A stretch of 64,000 nucleotides of DNA from an uncultured Ignavibacteriales bacterium (GCA_964396245.1 CAYNEO010000002.1:80951-144950), one strand, 5' to 3'. Shown: positions 18,939 through 30,286, counted from the first letter of the stretch. Program-made: numbers and translations. The notes: generated by a model from the letters alone, not told the origin.

Positions 18939-19709
18939 ATGTCCGATAAGCAGCCACTGTTCAGTTTCGAAGACATCCACGTGAAGGTGGAGGGAAAAGA
19001 AGTCGTGGCCGGTGTCTCGCTGGCTATCAGACCGGGCGAGGTTCACGCGATCATGGGTCCGAACGGGTCGGGAAAATCATCGCTTTCCCAGGCGCTGATG
19101 GGTCACCCGTCTTACGCGATTACCGAAGGCAAAGCGAGTCTGGCCGGTGAGGATCTTCTCGAAATGGCTCCGGATGAGCGCTCGAGATCGGGATTGTTCC
19201 TTGCGTTCCAGTATCCGATGGCGATACCCGGGGTCACGGTGGCCAATTTCCTTCGCGCCGCCCTGCAATCGCATCGCGGCAAGGATGCCGACATGTCTGA
19301 TTTCAGGAAGTTGTTGAAATCGGAGATGGATGCACTGTCAATCGATCACAATTTCGCAACTCGCTACCTGAACGACGGGTTTTCGGGCGGTGAAAAGAAA
19401 CGAATCGAGATCCTCCAGATGGCAATCCTGAACCCGCGGATGGCGATTCTGGACGAGACTGATTCCGGACTGGATATCGATGCCCTGAAAACGGTCGCCG
19501 GCGGGATAAACCGATTCCACGATGAAAACAACGGCGTCCTCCTGGTAACGCACTACCAGCGTCTGCTCAACTACGTGAAGCCGGACTTTGTGCATATCAT
19601 GATGAACGGCAAAATAGTTAAGTCAGGCGGCGCTGACCTGGCGTTGAAGCTCGAAGAGCAGGGATACGACTGGGTAAGTGACGAAGTCGCCCAGAAAGCA
19701 GGGGTGTAA
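18939..19709 (+). CDS. sufC: Fe-S cluster assembly ATPase SufC
   Basis: Walker [10 protein letters not shown], the signature [11 protein letters not shown] and Walker [11 protein letters not shown] are present. Confidence 0.95.
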   Translation: MSDKQPLFSFEDIHVKVEGKEVVAGVSLAIRPGEVHAIMGPNGSGKSSLSQALMGHPSYAITEGKASLAGEDLLEMAPDERSRSGLFLAFQYPMAIPGVTVANFLRAALQSHRGKDADMSDFRKLLKSEMDALSIDHNFATRYLNDGFSGGEKKRIEILQMAILNPRMAILDETDSGLDIDALKTVAGGINRFHDENNGVLLVTHYQRLLNYVKPDFVHIMMNGKIVKSGGADLALKLEEQGYDWVSDEVAQKAGV

Positions 19710-19711
19710 AT

Positions 19712-21160
19712 ATGGCTGAAACGAAGATACATGATGCTGCCGAACAGCAGAAAAAAGATCTCTCGACGCTAAATACGGACTACGAGTCCAGGTATGGGTT
19801 TCGCGATCCGGTGGATTACTTCCACAAGGGCGCCCGGGGTATCAGCCATGAAGTAGTCGAGATGATTTCGCAAATGAAACATGAGCCGCGATGGATGGCG
19901 GACCGGCGTCACGAGGCACTGGATATTTTCCTGTCCAAGCCAACACCGCGGTGGGGAGACACCAAGCTTCTGAGCGAGATCGACTTTGCAAATATCTATT
20001 ATTTCATGAAGCCGATAGCCGAGCAGGGAAAATCCTGGGATGATGTCCCTGAGTATATTCGCAAGACGTTTGATCGGCTCGGTATTCCCGAAGCTGAGAA
20101 GAACTTCCTTGGCGGTGTCTCGGCCCAGTACGAGTCCGAGGTCGTGTACCATTCGATGCGCAAAGATCTTACCGAACAGGGTGTGATTTTTCTCGACATG
20201 GACGGCGGGCTCAGAGAGCATGAAGAGATAGTGAAAAAGTTTTTCGGCTCGGTGATTCCGTCGACCGATAACAAGTATGCGGCCCTGAACACGGCTGTGT
20301 GGTCCGGCGGATCGTTTATTTATGTGCCGCCGGGAGTGGATGTGAAAATACCGCTTCAGGCGTATTTCCGCATCAACGCGGAAAATATGGGACAGTTCGA
20401 GCGCACGCTTATCATCGCGGATAAGGGATCCCGGGTTCATTATATCGAAGGATGTACCGCTCCGGTCTATTCGACCGATTCGCTTCACTCGGCGGTGGTG
20501 GAATTGATTGCGCTCGAGGGATCATACATTCGGTACACGACCATTCAGAACTGGGCGCGCAACATCTATAATCTGGTGACCAAGCGGGCCTCAGCATACA
20601 AGAATGCCACCGTGGAATGGGTCGACGGTAATCTCGGCTCGCGTCTGACGATGAAATATCCGTGCATCCAGCTGGTTGGCGAAGGCGCCCGCGGGGAGAT
20701 TCTCTCGGTGGCGTTTGCCGGCGTCGATCAACACCAGGATGCCGGGGCCAAGGTTATCCACGCCGCGCCGAATACATCGTCGAGGATAACGTCCAAGTCC
20801 ATTTCAAAAGACAACGGGCGCGCTTCCTATCGCGGTCTCGTGAAAATCCATAAGAATGCAACCAACGTGAAGGTATCGGTGGAATGCGATGCGCTGCTGA
20901 TCGGCGAGGACGCCCGAAGTGACACCTACCCGACGATGGAAATCGATAACGACCTGGTGAAAGTGGAACATGAAGCTCGCGTGTCAAAAGTGGCCGAGGA
21001 ACAGTTGTTCTACCTGACCAGCCGCGGGCTGAGCGAGGACGACGCACGGCTCTTGATTGTCAACGGCTTCATGGAGCCGTTTACCAAAGAGCTGCCGCTT
21101 GAATACGCGGTGGAATTAAACCGATTGATTGAACTTGAAATGGAAGGTTCGATTGGCTGA
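19712..21160 (+). CDS. sufB: Fe-S cluster assembly scaffold SufB
   Basis: The 482-aa product has the conserved C-terminal block ([21 protein letters not shown]). Confidence 0.95.
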   Translation: MAETKIHDAAEQQKKDLSTLNTDYESRYGFRDPVDYFHKGARGISHEVVEMISQMKHEPRWMADRRHEALDIFLSKPTPRWGDTKLLSEIDFANIYYFMKPIAEQGKSWDDVPEYIRKTFDRLGIPEAEKNFLGGVSAQYESEVVYHSMRKDLTEQGVIFLDMDGGLREHEEIVKKFFGSVIPSTDNKYAALNTAVWSGGSFIYVPPGVDVKIPLQAYFRINAENMGQFERTLIIADKGSRVHYIEGCTAPVYSTDSLHSAVVELIALEGSYIRYTTIQNWARNIYNLVTKRASAYKNATVEWVDGNLGSRLTMKYPCIQLVGEGARGEILSVAFAGVDQHQDAGAKVIHAAPNTSSRITSKSISKDNGRASYRGLVKIHKNATNVKVSVECDALLIGEDARSDTYPTMEIDNDLVKVEHEARVSKVAEEQLFYLTSRGLSEDDARLLIVNGFMEPFTKELPLEYAVELNRLIELEMEGSIG

Positions 21161-21161
21161 C

Positions 21162-22481
21162 ATGATTGAGGACACCAAAACCATATATGAGATTCCGGAA
21201 ATCGCACCGCAACTCGGGCGGGGTCCGGTCTGGCTGAGACAGCGCAGAGCTGATTCGCGCGAAGCGTTCAACGCCGCCCCTCTCCCCCGTCGCGGGCTGC
21301 ATCTGTGGCGGTACACCGATCCGGCTAAGTTTCTCGTTGAACCGGTAAAAACCGGAGATACGTCGTTCGGGAACGGTTATGATTCAGTGGTCAAGCTGGA
21401 GCAGAAGCATGTCGATGACGGCCGCCTGGCGGGCCTCGTGGTCGATTTTGGCGGACGTGAAATCCTGCGCTACGGCGTCACTCCCCTGCTCAACACGGGC
21501 GTGATGGTCTGCCCGCTTTCGGAAGCAGTGGAGACCCGTACTGACCTTGTCGAGCAGTACCTGTACCAGATCGTTAACGAAGCAACGGGTAAATTCGAAG
21601 CGATGAACGGCGCGCTCTGGAACGACGGAATCTTTATGTATATCCCGGATAATGCGGTGATTGAGAAGCCAATCCACCTGCTGCGGGAAGCCGGTCTTGC
21701 GCACAGTTCAGTATACCCGCGGACGCTGATAATTGTCGGGCGAAACGCGCAGGCGACGATTATTGATGAATACGGCGGCGGATCATCGGACTTCGATGAC
21801 GGCTTGAGCTACAGCAACGGTGTTGTCGAGATTTTCGGACTTGAAGACAGTAATGTGAGATATGTGTCGGTGCAACGTCACGCGAAAGCGACCAATTCGT
21901 ACCTGACACACCGCGCAAAGATTGGGCGTGGCGCGCAGATGCTGACAATGTCACTGGCATTTGGGGCGTCGCTGGCCAAGCATAATTTCGGCGTGATCCT
22001 GAACGGCGCCGGCGCTGACAGCAGGATGTACGGCCTTGCGTTTGGCTCGGCGCGACAGCAGTTCGACAGCCATACGCTTCATCATCATGCCCATGGACAA
22101 ACGACATCGAATATCGACTTCAAGGTAGTTTTGCGTGATCGGGCTACCTCGGCGTATACGGGACTTATCCGAATCGACCAGCATGCGAAAACGTGCGGGG
22201 CGTACCAGGAGAACAGGAACCTGTTGCTGAATAGAGGCACCAAGGCAGATACGATTCCGGAACTCGAGATACTTAACGAAGATGTCACCTGCTCGCACGG
22301 CGCCACGGTCGGGCCGATCGACCCCATGGAGATTTTCTACCTGACGAGCCGCGGCATTTACCGTGATGAGGCCGTGCGCATGATTGTGTCGGGCTTTACG
22401 GAGCCGACATTGAAGATGCTCCCGAGCGATCTGCAGGCACGGATATCCGAATTCGTCATGGACCGGCTGGAGGATATCTAG
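21162..22481 (+). CDS. sufD: Fe-S cluster assembly protein SufD
   Basis: The track ORF starts at 21129 inside sufB. I trimmed it to ATG 21162, one nt after the sufB stop. The C-terminal block FYLTSRGIYRDEAVRMIVSGF is paralogous to SufB. Confidence 0.9.
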   Translation: MIEDTKTIYEIPEIAPQLGRGPVWLRQRRADSREAFNAAPLPRRGLHLWRYTDPAKFLVEPVKTGDTSFGNGYDSVVKLEQKHVDDGRLAGLVVDFGGREILRYGVTPLLNTGVMVCPLSEAVETRTDLVEQYLYQIVNEATGKFEAMNGALWNDGIFMYIPDNAVIEKPIHLLREAGLAHSSVYPRTLIIVGRNAQATIIDEYGGGSSDFDDGLSYSNGVVEIFGLEDSNVRYVSVQRHAKATNSYLTHRAKIGRGAQMLTMSLAFGASLAKHNFGVILNGAGADSRMYGLAFGSARQQFDSHTLHHHAHGQTTSNIDFKVVLRDRATSAYTGLIRIDQHAKTCGAYQENRNLLLNRGTKADTIPELEILNEDVTCSHGATVGPIDPMEIFYLTSRGIYRDEAVRMIVSGFTEPTLKMLPSDLQARISEFVMDRLEDI

Positions 22482-22486
22482 GAAAT

Positions 22487-22798
22487 ATGGCCGGTTTTGT
22501 GAAGGTGGCAAAGACAGAAGAAATCCCTGAAGGCGGTTTCAAGTCGTTCGAGGTCGATTTCACGAGATTCGTCGTGGCGCACACGCCGGACGGGTACTTT
22601 GCTTTCATTGACGAGTGTACGCACGACAGCGAGCCGTTCGGTAAAGGCAAGTTGAAAGGCAACGAGATTGTGTGCACGCGGCACGGGGCCAGGTTCGACG
22701 TTCGCAGCGGGGCTGTGACGGCGCCGCCGGCGATTGTGCCGCTGGATACATTCGAGATCAAGGTTGAGGGCGATGATATTTACGTCAGGCTGGACTGA
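22487..22798 (+). CDS. Rieske [2Fe-2S] ferredoxin-like protein embedded in the suf operon
   Basis: CTH (CTHDSEPF) and CxxH (CTRHGARF) Rieske ligand motifs, 103 aa. Confidence 0.8.
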   Translation: MAGFVKVAKTEEIPEGGFKSFEVDFTRFVVAHTPDGYFAFIDECTHDSEPFGKGKLKGNEIVCTRHGARFDVRSGAVTAPPAIVPLDTFEIKVEGDDIYVRLD

Positions 22799-22827
22799 GT
22801 TCAGTCCTGAAAGATCGGAACGAAACA

Positions 22828-24102
22828 ATGGCAACTGAAGCACACAGCAAAACGATGACGACCGAGGCAGTGAACGGACTGGACGTAGACGCAATCAAGG
22901 CCGATTTCCCGATCCTGCAGGAGAAGGTCAACGGTAATCGCCTGGTATATCTTGACAACGCCGCGACATCTCAGAAGCCAAATGTCGTCATAGAAGCGAT
23001 CAGTGACTACTATCGTCATACGAACGCCAATATCCATCGCGGCCTCCATAAGCTTGCGGAGCTCGCCACCGAAGCATTTGAGAAGACGCGACGGCATACG
23101 GCGGGGTTTATCGGCGGAGTTGATACTGCGGAAGTGGTTTTTACACGGGGCACGACGGAGTCGTTGAACCTGGTCGCATATACATGGGGAGAACAAAATA
23201 TCGGTGAGGGGGACGAAATCCTGATCACCGAGATGGAACACCACGCCAATATGGTCCCGTGGTTCATGCTGGCTCAGCGAAAGAAGGCTGTCCTCAAGCG
23301 GATACCTGTCACCGCTGACGGGTATCTTGATTTGAGCGGTCTGGACAAATTACTGACGCGACGCACCAAGCTGGTAGCGATATCGCACATGTCCAACGTC
23401 CTCGGGACTATCAACCCGGTCCGCGAAATCGCGGAAAGAGCGAAGGCGGTAGGAGCGGTGGTTGTCGCCGACGGCGCTCAGTCGGCGCCTCATATGCCGG
23501 TCAATGTGCCCGAATTGGGCGTGGATTTCTTCGCGTTTTCCTCGCACAAAATGCTTGGTCCGACCGGCGTTGGCGTGCTGTGGGGGCGGCGTGAGCTGCT
23601 CGAATCAATGCCACCGTTTAATTTTGGCGGCGAGATGATCCGCCAGGTCGGTTTTGACAACGTCAGCTGGGCCGAGCTTCCGTGGAAATTCGAGGCCGGA
23701 ACTCCAAATATTGCCGATGTCGTGGCTTTCGATGCCGCTCTCACGTATCTCGAGCGACTGGGTATGGAGAATATCCGGCGACACGAGATCGAGCTCACCG
23801 AATACGCGATTGCCCGGCTGTCCGAAATAAAAGGACTGGAAATCCAGGGACCAAATGACAGTTCGCAGCGCGGCGGGGCAATATCGTTCACAGACCCGGA
23901 TTTACACCCGCACGATATGAGCACCTTCCTTGACACCAAAGGCATTGCTATCAGGGCCGGTCATCACTGCGCCCAGCCGCTGATGAGAGTAATGGGGAAA
24001 ATGGCGACAGCACGGGCGTCCCTCTATATCTATAACGACCGGGCGGATATCGACGCCCTCCACGATGCCTTAGTCGAGATGAGGAGATATTTCGGTTTAT
24101 GA
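22828..24102 (+). CDS. sufS: Cysteine desulfurase SufS (group II)
   Basis: PLP-Lys region SSHKMLGPTGVG and active-site loop RAGHHCAQPLM. Confidence 0.95.
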   Translation: MATEAHSKTMTTEAVNGLDVDAIKADFPILQEKVNGNRLVYLDNAATSQKPNVVIEAISDYYRHTNANIHRGLHKLAELATEAFEKTRRHTAGFIGGVDTAEVVFTRGTTESLNLVAYTWGEQNIGEGDEILITEMEHHANMVPWFMLAQRKKAVLKRIPVTADGYLDLSGLDKLLTRRTKLVAISHMSNVLGTINPVREIAERAKAVGAVVVADGAQSAPHMPVNVPELGVDFFAFSSHKMLGPTGVGVLWGRRELLESMPPFNFGGEMIRQVGFDNVSWAELPWKFEAGTPNIADVVAFDAALTYLERLGMENIRRHEIELTEYAIARLSEIKGLEIQGPNDSSQRGGAISFTDPDLHPHDMSTFLDTKGIAIRAGHHCAQPLMRVMGKMATARASLYIYNDRADIDALHDALVEMRRYFGL

Positions 24103-24575
24103 TAGAATTAGATGAATTATACCGTGAGATCATTCTCGATCACTACCGATCGCCCCGGGGGAAAAAGCCGGTCGAGCAAGCGAATGTGAAGTCAGCCGGC
24201 TCGAATCCATCGTGCGGTGACGAGGTGGAGGTTGAAGCACGAATCGAAGACAACGTGCTCAAGGATGTCCATATCGACTGCAAGGGCTGCGCCATTTCGA
24301 CTGCTTCGGGATCGATGCTCGCCGAGACAGTCAAGGGCAAGTCGTTCGACGAGGTGATGGCAATTGCCGACAAGGTCAAGAAGCTGCTCAAAGGTGAGAT
24401 CGATGAATCGGACGAAGATTTTGGCGACCTTGGTTCACTTCAGGGTGTCAGGCAGTTCCCGGTGCGGGTGAAGTGTGCGTTGCTCGCGTGGGTGACGTTG
24501 ATCGAGGGGCTCAAAGATTACGCGAACGGCAAGGGAGGCAACAGCAAAATCATGATCAAAACGGATACTGAATAG
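24099..24575 (+). CDS. sufU: Sulfur-transfer/scaffold protein SufU
   Basis: NPSCGDE, GCAISTASGS and KCALLAW Cys motifs are present, with the SufU-type insertion. Confidence 0.85.
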   Translation: MIELDELYREIILDHYRSPRGKKPVEQANVKSAGSNPSCGDEVEVEARIEDNVLKDVHIDCKGCAISTASGSMLAETVKGKSFDEVMAIADKVKKLLKGEIDESDEDFGDLGSLQGVRQFPVRVKCALLAWVTLIEGLKDYANGKGGNSKIMIKTDTE

Positions 24576-24590
24576 CGGAGGGATCGACAG

Positions 24591-24902
24591 TTGGCAGTAC
24601 CGACCAAAGAGCAGATTATCGAGGCCCTTAAGCCGATTCAGGACCCCGAGATACGGATCGGTGTCGTTGATCTGGGGCTCGTATACGATATCGATGTTAC
24701 CAACGAGGGGGAAGTGACTATCAAGATGACTCTTACCACCCCGGCATGTCCGTACGGTGAAATCCTGCTGGCACAGGTACACCGGGCAGTTGAAGAATTG
24801 GAGGGAGTAACGAAAGTCCAGGTGGTCCTGGTATGGGATCCGCCGTGGAATCCGGAAGAAATGTGCTCTGATCTGGCAAAGGATCAACTGGGCATCTGGT
24901 AA
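24591..24902 (+). CDS. sufT: DUF59 / SufT-like Fe-S assembly protein
   Basis: TTG start. DPEIRIGVVDLGLVYDI and TLTTPACP are DUF59 motifs. Confidence 0.8.
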   Translation: MAVPTKEQIIEALKPIQDPEIRIGVVDLGLVYDIDVTNEGEVTIKMTLTTPACPYGEILLAQVHRAVEELEGVTKVQVVLVWDPPWNPEEMCSDLAKDQLGIW

Positions 24903-24926
24903 ATCAAGAGAAAGATGTGTATATTC

Positions 24927-24951
24927 GGCAGGGCAACACCCTGCCCTTTTT
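24927..24951 (+). terminator. Rho-independent terminator of the suf operon
   Basis: GGCAGGG-caaca-CCCTGCC followed by cTTTTTg. Confidence 0.8.
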
Positions 24952-25072
24952 GTATCCGGGACAAAGGTGGCAACTTTTGGACTTGTGTTTTGTCTAATCT
25001 TCGTCTACCGTGGAAACCTGGACGGGGCGTTGCGGTTATACGGTAGGAAAACTGGCCAGAAGGCGGAACAAC

Positions 25073-26263
25073 ATGGATGAAAATAATAGAAGGCCGGATG
25101 TTTCGGCTCTCCGCATAGACAAGTCCAAAAAGTTCATTGACCGGCCGCGAAGCAGAGCGTGGCGATGGTTGGTCGCGCTTATTGCTATCGTAGTTCTGGT
25201 TGTCGGCTATTTCGCACTGAAAAGCAGCCTCTCTCCTGCCACCAATGTGCGCGTGGCCACAGCAACCATAATCAGGGGTTCGGACGCAGCCGCCGATCTG
25301 GTCGCTACCGGCTATGTGGTTGCTCAGCGCATGGCCGAAGTTTCATCAAAAGCTACCGGGCGACTGGCGGCGCTCAACTATGAAGAAGGCGATACCGTGG
25401 CTCAAGGGGCCGTGATTGCCCGTCTGGACAACAGCGATTTTGTCGCCCTCGTTCAGCAGGCGGAAGCGGCGGTGAACCGAGCAGTGGTGGACACGCTGGA
25501 AAGCGCGCGGGATTTTCGCCGGGCAAAAGAACTTTTTAAGTCGGGCGCGATCACCGATGTCGAACTCGAGAACGCTGAAACAGCATACAAATCCGCCGCG
25601 GCGGCTCTTGCCGGAGCGGAGGCGGCGCTGAAGGTCGCGCAGGTGGATCTCGACAATACATACATTCGGGCGCCGTTTGCGGGCACCATCCTGATGAAGA
25701 ATGCCGAAGTCGGTGAGATGGTCACTCCGTTTGCCTCGGCAGCGTCATCGAAAGGCTCAGTGGTGACCATGGCTGACATGAACTCGCTCGAGGTCGAAGC
25801 CGATGTTTCTGAGTCGAACATATATCGGGTATATACCGGACAACGCGCGGAGATTGTTCTGGATGCATACCCGGGCGTTCGCTACGGGGGTTACGTGAAG
25901 AAGATTGTGCCCACGGCCGACCGGGCGAGGGCCACGGTTTTAACAAGGGTGGCATTCAAGAACAAAGATGACCGCGTATTGCCGGAAATGTCGGCGCGGG
26001 TCAATTTCTTCTCAGATACATCGTCGGCAGCGGATGGTCAGGCTGAGTCGCTGACCGTACCGACCGACGCGGTGACGTCTCGCGACGGTTCCAAAACAGT
26101 GTTTGTGGTTACCGGCGCGGTTGCCACGGCCACGCCGGTGGAGACAGGCACAAATGTCGGGGGCCGTGTCGAAATCCTGAGTGGATTGAGTGAAGGTGAC
26201 ACCGTCGTGCTCTCTCCCCCGGGCAAGATGAAGTCCGGCGATAAGGTCGAAGTAGCCCGGTAG
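25073..26263 (+). CDS. Efflux periplasmic adaptor (HlyD/MacA family)
   Basis: I trimmed the track ORF (GTG 25010) to ATG 25073. An N-terminal TM anchor is followed by a coiled-coil hairpin (AEAAVNRA ... AEAALKVAQVDLDNTYIRAPFAGTI). Confidence 0.75.
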   Translation: MDENNRRPDVSALRIDKSKKFIDRPRSRAWRWLVALIAIVVLVVGYFALKSSLSPATNVRVATATIIRGSDAAADLVATGYVVAQRMAEVSSKATGRLAALNYEEGDTVAQGAVIARLDNSDFVALVQQAEAAVNRAVVDTLESARDFRRAKELFKSGAITDVELENAETAYKSAAAALAGAEAALKVAQVDLDNTYIRAPFAGTILMKNAEVGEMVTPFASAASSKGSVVTMADMNSLEVEADVSESNIYRVYTGQRAEIVLDAYPGVRYGGYVKKIVPTADRARATVLTRVAFKNKDDRVLPEMSARVNFFSDTSSAADGQAESLTVPTDAVTSRDGSKTVFVVTGAVATATPVETGTNVGGRVEILSGLSEGDTVVLSPPGKMKSGDKVEVAR

Positions 26264-26281
26264 CTCGCCGAAGGATATGCA

Positions 26282-26962
26282 ATGACACAGCCAATAGTAA
26301 ATTTACAGTCGGTATACAAATCGTACTGGCGCGACAGCCTGGAAATACCGGTATTGCGCAACATAGACCTGATGATCCCTGAAGGCGAATTCCAGGCCCT
26401 TATGGGCCCTTCCGGATCGGGGAAAACCACGTTACTGAATCTGGTAGCCGGCATCGATCGCCCGTCATCGGGTGAGGTTATTGTTGCCGGTCAGGTTATA
26501 TCAAGCATGAGTGAGGCGAATCTGGCTCGCTGGCGGAGCGCCCATGTCGGTTTTGTGTTTCAATTTTACAATCTCGTGCCGGTGTTGAACGCGTTTGAGA
26601 ATGTCGAGTTACCGCTGTTGCTCACCAGGTTGAATCGGGCCGAACGCAGGCGTCAGGTCGAAACGGCACTGAGCATCGTGGGACTGGATGATCGCATGGA
26701 TCATTACCCCAATCAGCTCTCCGGCGGACAGGAGCAGCGCGTTGCCATCGCCCGAGCCCTGGTTACCGACCCCGACATCATTCTTGCCGACGAGCCGACC
26801 GGGGACCTGGACAAGGTGTCAGCCGAGGCAACCATGGAGTTGCTGGCGCAACTCAACAAGGAATTCGGTAAGACAATCGTGATGGTCACGCACGATCCCC
26901 GCGCGGCCGAAAAGGCTCATATCATCCAACAACTCGATAAAGGCGAACTGGTTGCGGCATGA
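26282..26962 (+). CDS. ABC transporter ATP-binding protein (MacB/LolD-like)
   Basis: Walker [10 protein letters not shown], signature [15 protein letters not shown] and Walker [12 protein letters not shown]. Confidence 0.9.
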   Translation: MTQPIVNLQSVYKSYWRDSLEIPVLRNIDLMIPEGEFQALMGPSGSGKTTLLNLVAGIDRPSSGEVIVAGQVISSMSEANLARWRSAHVGFVFQFYNLVPVLNAFENVELPLLLTRLNRAERRRQVETALSIVGLDDRMDHYPNQLSGGQEQRVAIARALVTDPDIILADEPTGDLDKVSAEATMELLAQLNKEFGKTIVMVTHDPRAAEKAHIIQQLDKGELVAA

Positions 26963-28116
26963 GGGTATTCAAGCTGATCTCCCGGAATGCTCTCCGTCAC
27001 GCGCTTCGGACCTCTCTTACTATTCTCGGAGTGGCGATCGCCGTAACAGCGTTCTGTGTCATTCGCAGTGCGATCGACGCCTGGTATCTGAATTCCCGGT
27101 CGGCGGCTCCTGATCGTTTGATCAGCCGCAGCGCGGTCTCCCTCGCGTTCAGCATGCCCATTTCCTACAAGGAAAAGATCGAGCGGGTGCCGGGTGTGGA
27201 GGCTGTATCATACGCGATCTGGTTCGGCGGCATTTACGTGGACCAGAAGAACTTTTTCCCAAAATTCGGGGTCGATCACGAAACCTACTTCGACATCTAT
27301 CCGGAATACCAGATACCCGAGGACCAGCGGCGAGCATTTACCAGGGAACGAAATGCAGTAATTGTCGGCCGGCAACTCGCTGACCGGTTCGGATGGAAGC
27401 TCGGTGATCAGATACGTATTGTCGGCGACATCTATCCCGGTAACTGGGATTTCGTCATACGGGGCATCTATACCGGCGCCGATGAAACCGTAAACGAGTC
27501 AACCTGGTTTTTCCGGTACGACTACGTTGACGAACGCATGCGGCAGGAGACCCCGGGACGGGCAGGGCAAGTCGGTTCGTTTGTGGAGAAAATATCTGAT
27601 CCGATGCAATCTTCGGCAATTTCTAAGAAGATTGACGCGCTGTTTGCCAACTCGCTTGCGGAAACCAAAACGGAGACGGAGGAAGCCTTCCGATTGTCGT
27701 TTGTCGAGCTTTCCGGGCAAATTATCCTCGGATTGAGAATCGTTTCATTTCTGGTTATCGGTGTGATTCTACTGGTGATGGCTAACACGATGGCGATGGC
27801 AGCTCGTGAGCGGGTCAACGAATACGCGCTGCTCAAGACCCTCGGGTTTCGCGCTTACCATTTGATCGGGCTGGTTTTTGGCGAATCGTTATTGATCGCC
27901 TTTCTTGGCGGAGCAGTCGGACTCGGGCTGGCGTTTCTCACGATTCCGCTTATCAAGGCAAAAATCGGTGCATTCCTGCCGTACCTTCCGATAGAACCGC
28001 TCACTTTGATATTGGGGTTTGTTGCGGCAATACTTGTCGGGTTGTTAGCGGCGACGTTTCCGGCGTTGCGCGCTGTGCGGACCTCGATTGTGGACGGACT
28101 GAGGACTGTCGATTAG
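26959..28116 (+). CDS. ABC transporter permease (MacB_PCD plus FtsX domain)
   Basis: An N-terminal TM and a periplasmic domain are followed by a C-terminal three-TM FtsX-type module (EYALLKTLGFRAY). Confidence 0.8.
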   Translation: MRVFKLISRNALRHALRTSLTILGVAIAVTAFCVIRSAIDAWYLNSRSAAPDRLISRSAVSLAFSMPISYKEKIERVPGVEAVSYAIWFGGIYVDQKNFFPKFGVDHETYFDIYPEYQIPEDQRRAFTRERNAVIVGRQLADRFGWKLGDQIRIVGDIYPGNWDFVIRGIYTGADETVNESTWFFRYDYVDERMRQETPGRAGQVGSFVEKISDPMQSSAISKKIDALFANSLAETKTETEEAFRLSFVELSGQIILGLRIVSFLVIGVILLVMANTMAMAARERVNEYALLKTLGFRAYHLIGLVFGESLLIAFLGGAVGLGLAFLTIPLIKAKIGAFLPYLPIEPLTLILGFVAAILVGLLAATFPALRAVRTSIVDGLRTVD

Positions 28117-28125
28117 GTCGTTACG

Positions 28126-29292
28126 ATGAGCTTACTTATCAGCTATTCCATAAAGAACAGTTTCGCCCGGCGGCTGACCTCACTTCTCACACTGCTGGGA
28201 ATCGGTCTGGTTGTTTTCGTTTTTGCGGCCGTGCTGATGTTGGCCAACGGTCTCAGACAGGCGCTGGTCGAGACGGGTACTCCCGGGAATGTGGTGGCGC
28301 TTCGGCAGGCGGCCTCAACCGAGGTCGTTTCTATCATCTATCGCAATCAGGCCGATGTTGTCAAAGCGGACAGAGCGATCATGACCGACAGCACCGGGGC
28401 GCCGGTGTTTGCCTCTGAGCTCGTGGTTTTGATCAATCAGCCAAGACGCTCGAACGGCGACGAAACCAATATCACCGTGCGCGGTGTGAACGAGATGTCG
28501 CTCAAGCTTCGTCCACAAGTGAGAATTGTCCAGGGCCGGATGTGGCGACCGGGAACATCTGAGATTATCGCCGGCCGCAAGGCGGCCGAGAACTTTGTGG
28601 GATGCGGATTGGGCGAGACCGTTCGGTTCGGGCAGCGGCAGTGGACGGTAGTTGGAGTATTCGAGGCTGACGGGTCCGGCTTCGAGTCGGAAGTGTGGGG
28701 GGACGTCGATCAGCTCATGGATGCTTTTCAGCGCCCGGTGTTTTCTTCGCTGATTTTCCGGCTGAAAAATCCCGATGATCTGCCGGTTGTCAAGTCCCGA
28801 ATAGAGAGTGATCCGCGGGTGACGCTCCAGGTGAAGCCGGAGATACAGTACTATCGCGAGCAGTCGGAGGTTTTCGCGAATTTCATTCAAGTACTCGGAA
28901 CGGTAATCTCGATTGTATTCTCTCTGGGTGCGATTGTGGGAGCGATGATTACGATGTACGCCGCGGTCGCCAACCGAACGCGGGAGATCGGGACGCTGCG
29001 TGCACTCGGGTTCAGCCGGACATCAGTGCTTACGGCGTTCCTGGCGGAGGCAATTATTATTGCCCTTGTGGGAGGTATCATAGGGATTCTCTTCGCGAAT
29101 CTTTTGGCTTTCCGGGAAGTATCGACAACCAATTTTTCGACTTTTGCCGAAGTTGCGTTCTCATTCCGCATGTCGCCACAGATTGCTATGGAGGCACTCG
29201 GCTTCGCGCTGATCATGGGAATAATCGGCGGTTTCCTGCCGGCCGTGCGAGCTGCACGGTCGCGGGTGATTAACTCACTGCGAGCGCGCTAA
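28126..29292 (+). CDS. ABC transporter permease (MacB_PCD plus FtsX domain), second paralog
   Basis: Same architecture as the preceding gene (REIGTLRALGFSR). Confidence 0.8.
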   Translation: MSLLISYSIKNSFARRLTSLLTLLGIGLVVFVFAAVLMLANGLRQALVETGTPGNVVALRQAASTEVVSIIYRNQADVVKADRAIMTDSTGAPVFASELVVLINQPRRSNGDETNITVRGVNEMSLKLRPQVRIVQGRMWRPGTSEIIAGRKAAENFVGCGLGETVRFGQRQWTVVGVFEADGSGFESEVWGDVDQLMDAFQRPVFSSLIFRLKNPDDLPVVKSRIESDPRVTLQVKPEIQYYREQSEVFANFIQVLGTVISIVFSLGAIVGAMITMYAAVANRTREIGTLRALGFSRTSVLTAFLAEAIIIALVGGIIGILFANLLAFREVSTTNFSTFAEVAFSFRMSPQIAMEALGFALIMGIIGGFLPAVRAARSRVINSLRAR

Positions 29293-29440
29293 AACTCGAG
29301 GAGAGTATATCTCCCCGGATTTTTGTTTACTCCTGACCGGATGTATTGTAAGTTCACGTCGGTAGAAGGTCCCTGGTCGGGCGAGCGCAAGTACACAGGG
29401 CATACGCATCGACCACAATACGTATAACGGGTTAATCTTC

Positions 29441-30259
29441 ATGAACGTGCTCGAACCACTGAAAGACTATCATCCCGTTCTGCAGGCACTTCTGGCGACC
29501 TGTTTCACGTGGTTTATGACGGCTCTCGGCGCTGCCGGAGTTTTTCTCAAACAGCAATTGAGCAAGAAGACACTCGATGCCATGCTCGGTTTCGCTGCCG
29601 GCGTAATGATCGCGGCCAGTTTCTGGTCATTGCTTGCACCCGCAATCGAGATGGCCGAAGGCAGCTCGGTTCCGTCGTGGGTACCGGCTGTTGTCGGGTT
29701 TCTGCTCGGAGCCGCCTGCCTTCGAGCGATCGACTATGTCCTCCCGCATCTTCACCTGCGGGCGCCGATCGAAGAAGCCGAAGGTATTCACACCAGTTGG
29801 AAGCGCACCACGCTATTGATCCTGGCGATCACCCTTCACAATATCCCGGAAGGACTGGCCGTCGGGGTGGCGTTCGGCGCGGTGTCTGCCGGGCTGCCGT
29901 CGGCGGAACTCGCCGGGGCCATAGCCCTGGCGCTGGGAATCGGGATTCAAAATTTTCCAGAAGGGATGGCGGTCTCGTTACCGCTGCGACGCGAAGGACT
30001 CGGACGATTTCGGAGCTTCTGGTATGGCCAACTTTCAGGAATCGTGGAACCGGCTGCGGGTGTGGCCGGCGCCGCACTGGTGATAATCGCTCGACCGATT
30101 CTCCCGTATGCTCTGGCCTTCGCGGCCGGAGCGATGATATTCGTGGTCGTCGAGGAAGTTGTTCCCGAGGCGCAGCGCGGCGAGCATGCCCATTCGGCAA
30201 CGCTCGGGACGATGTTGGGATTTGCGGTGATGATGGCCCTTGACGTAGCCCTGGGATAG
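29441..30259 (+). CDS. ZIP-family divalent metal transporter (GufA/ZupT-like)
   Basis: [10 protein letters not shown] and QNFPEGMAV metal-binding helix motifs, 272 aa. Confidence 0.8.
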   Translation: MNVLEPLKDYHPVLQALLATCFTWFMTALGAAGVFLKQQLSKKTLDAMLGFAAGVMIAASFWSLLAPAIEMAEGSSVPSWVPAVVGFLLGAACLRAIDYVLPHLHLRAPIEEAEGIHTSWKRTTLLILAITLHNIPEGLAVGVAFGAVSAGLPSAELAGAIALALGIGIQNFPEGMAVSLPLRREGLGRFRSFWYGQLSGIVEPAAGVAGAALVIIARPILPYALAFAAGAMIFVVVEEVVPEAQRGEHAHSATLGTMLGFAVMMALDVALG

Positions 30260-30286
30260 GAGAATCAGACGAAAGGCAACCTGCTC

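Noticed and set aside
29293-29440. A possible Zur/Fur-type operator upstream of the ZIP transporter, and a terminator after the FtsX permease.
   Set aside because: I found no convincing AT-rich palindrome resembling Zur/Fur boxes. The GGAGA-gtata-TCTCC stem is short and its T-run is displaced.
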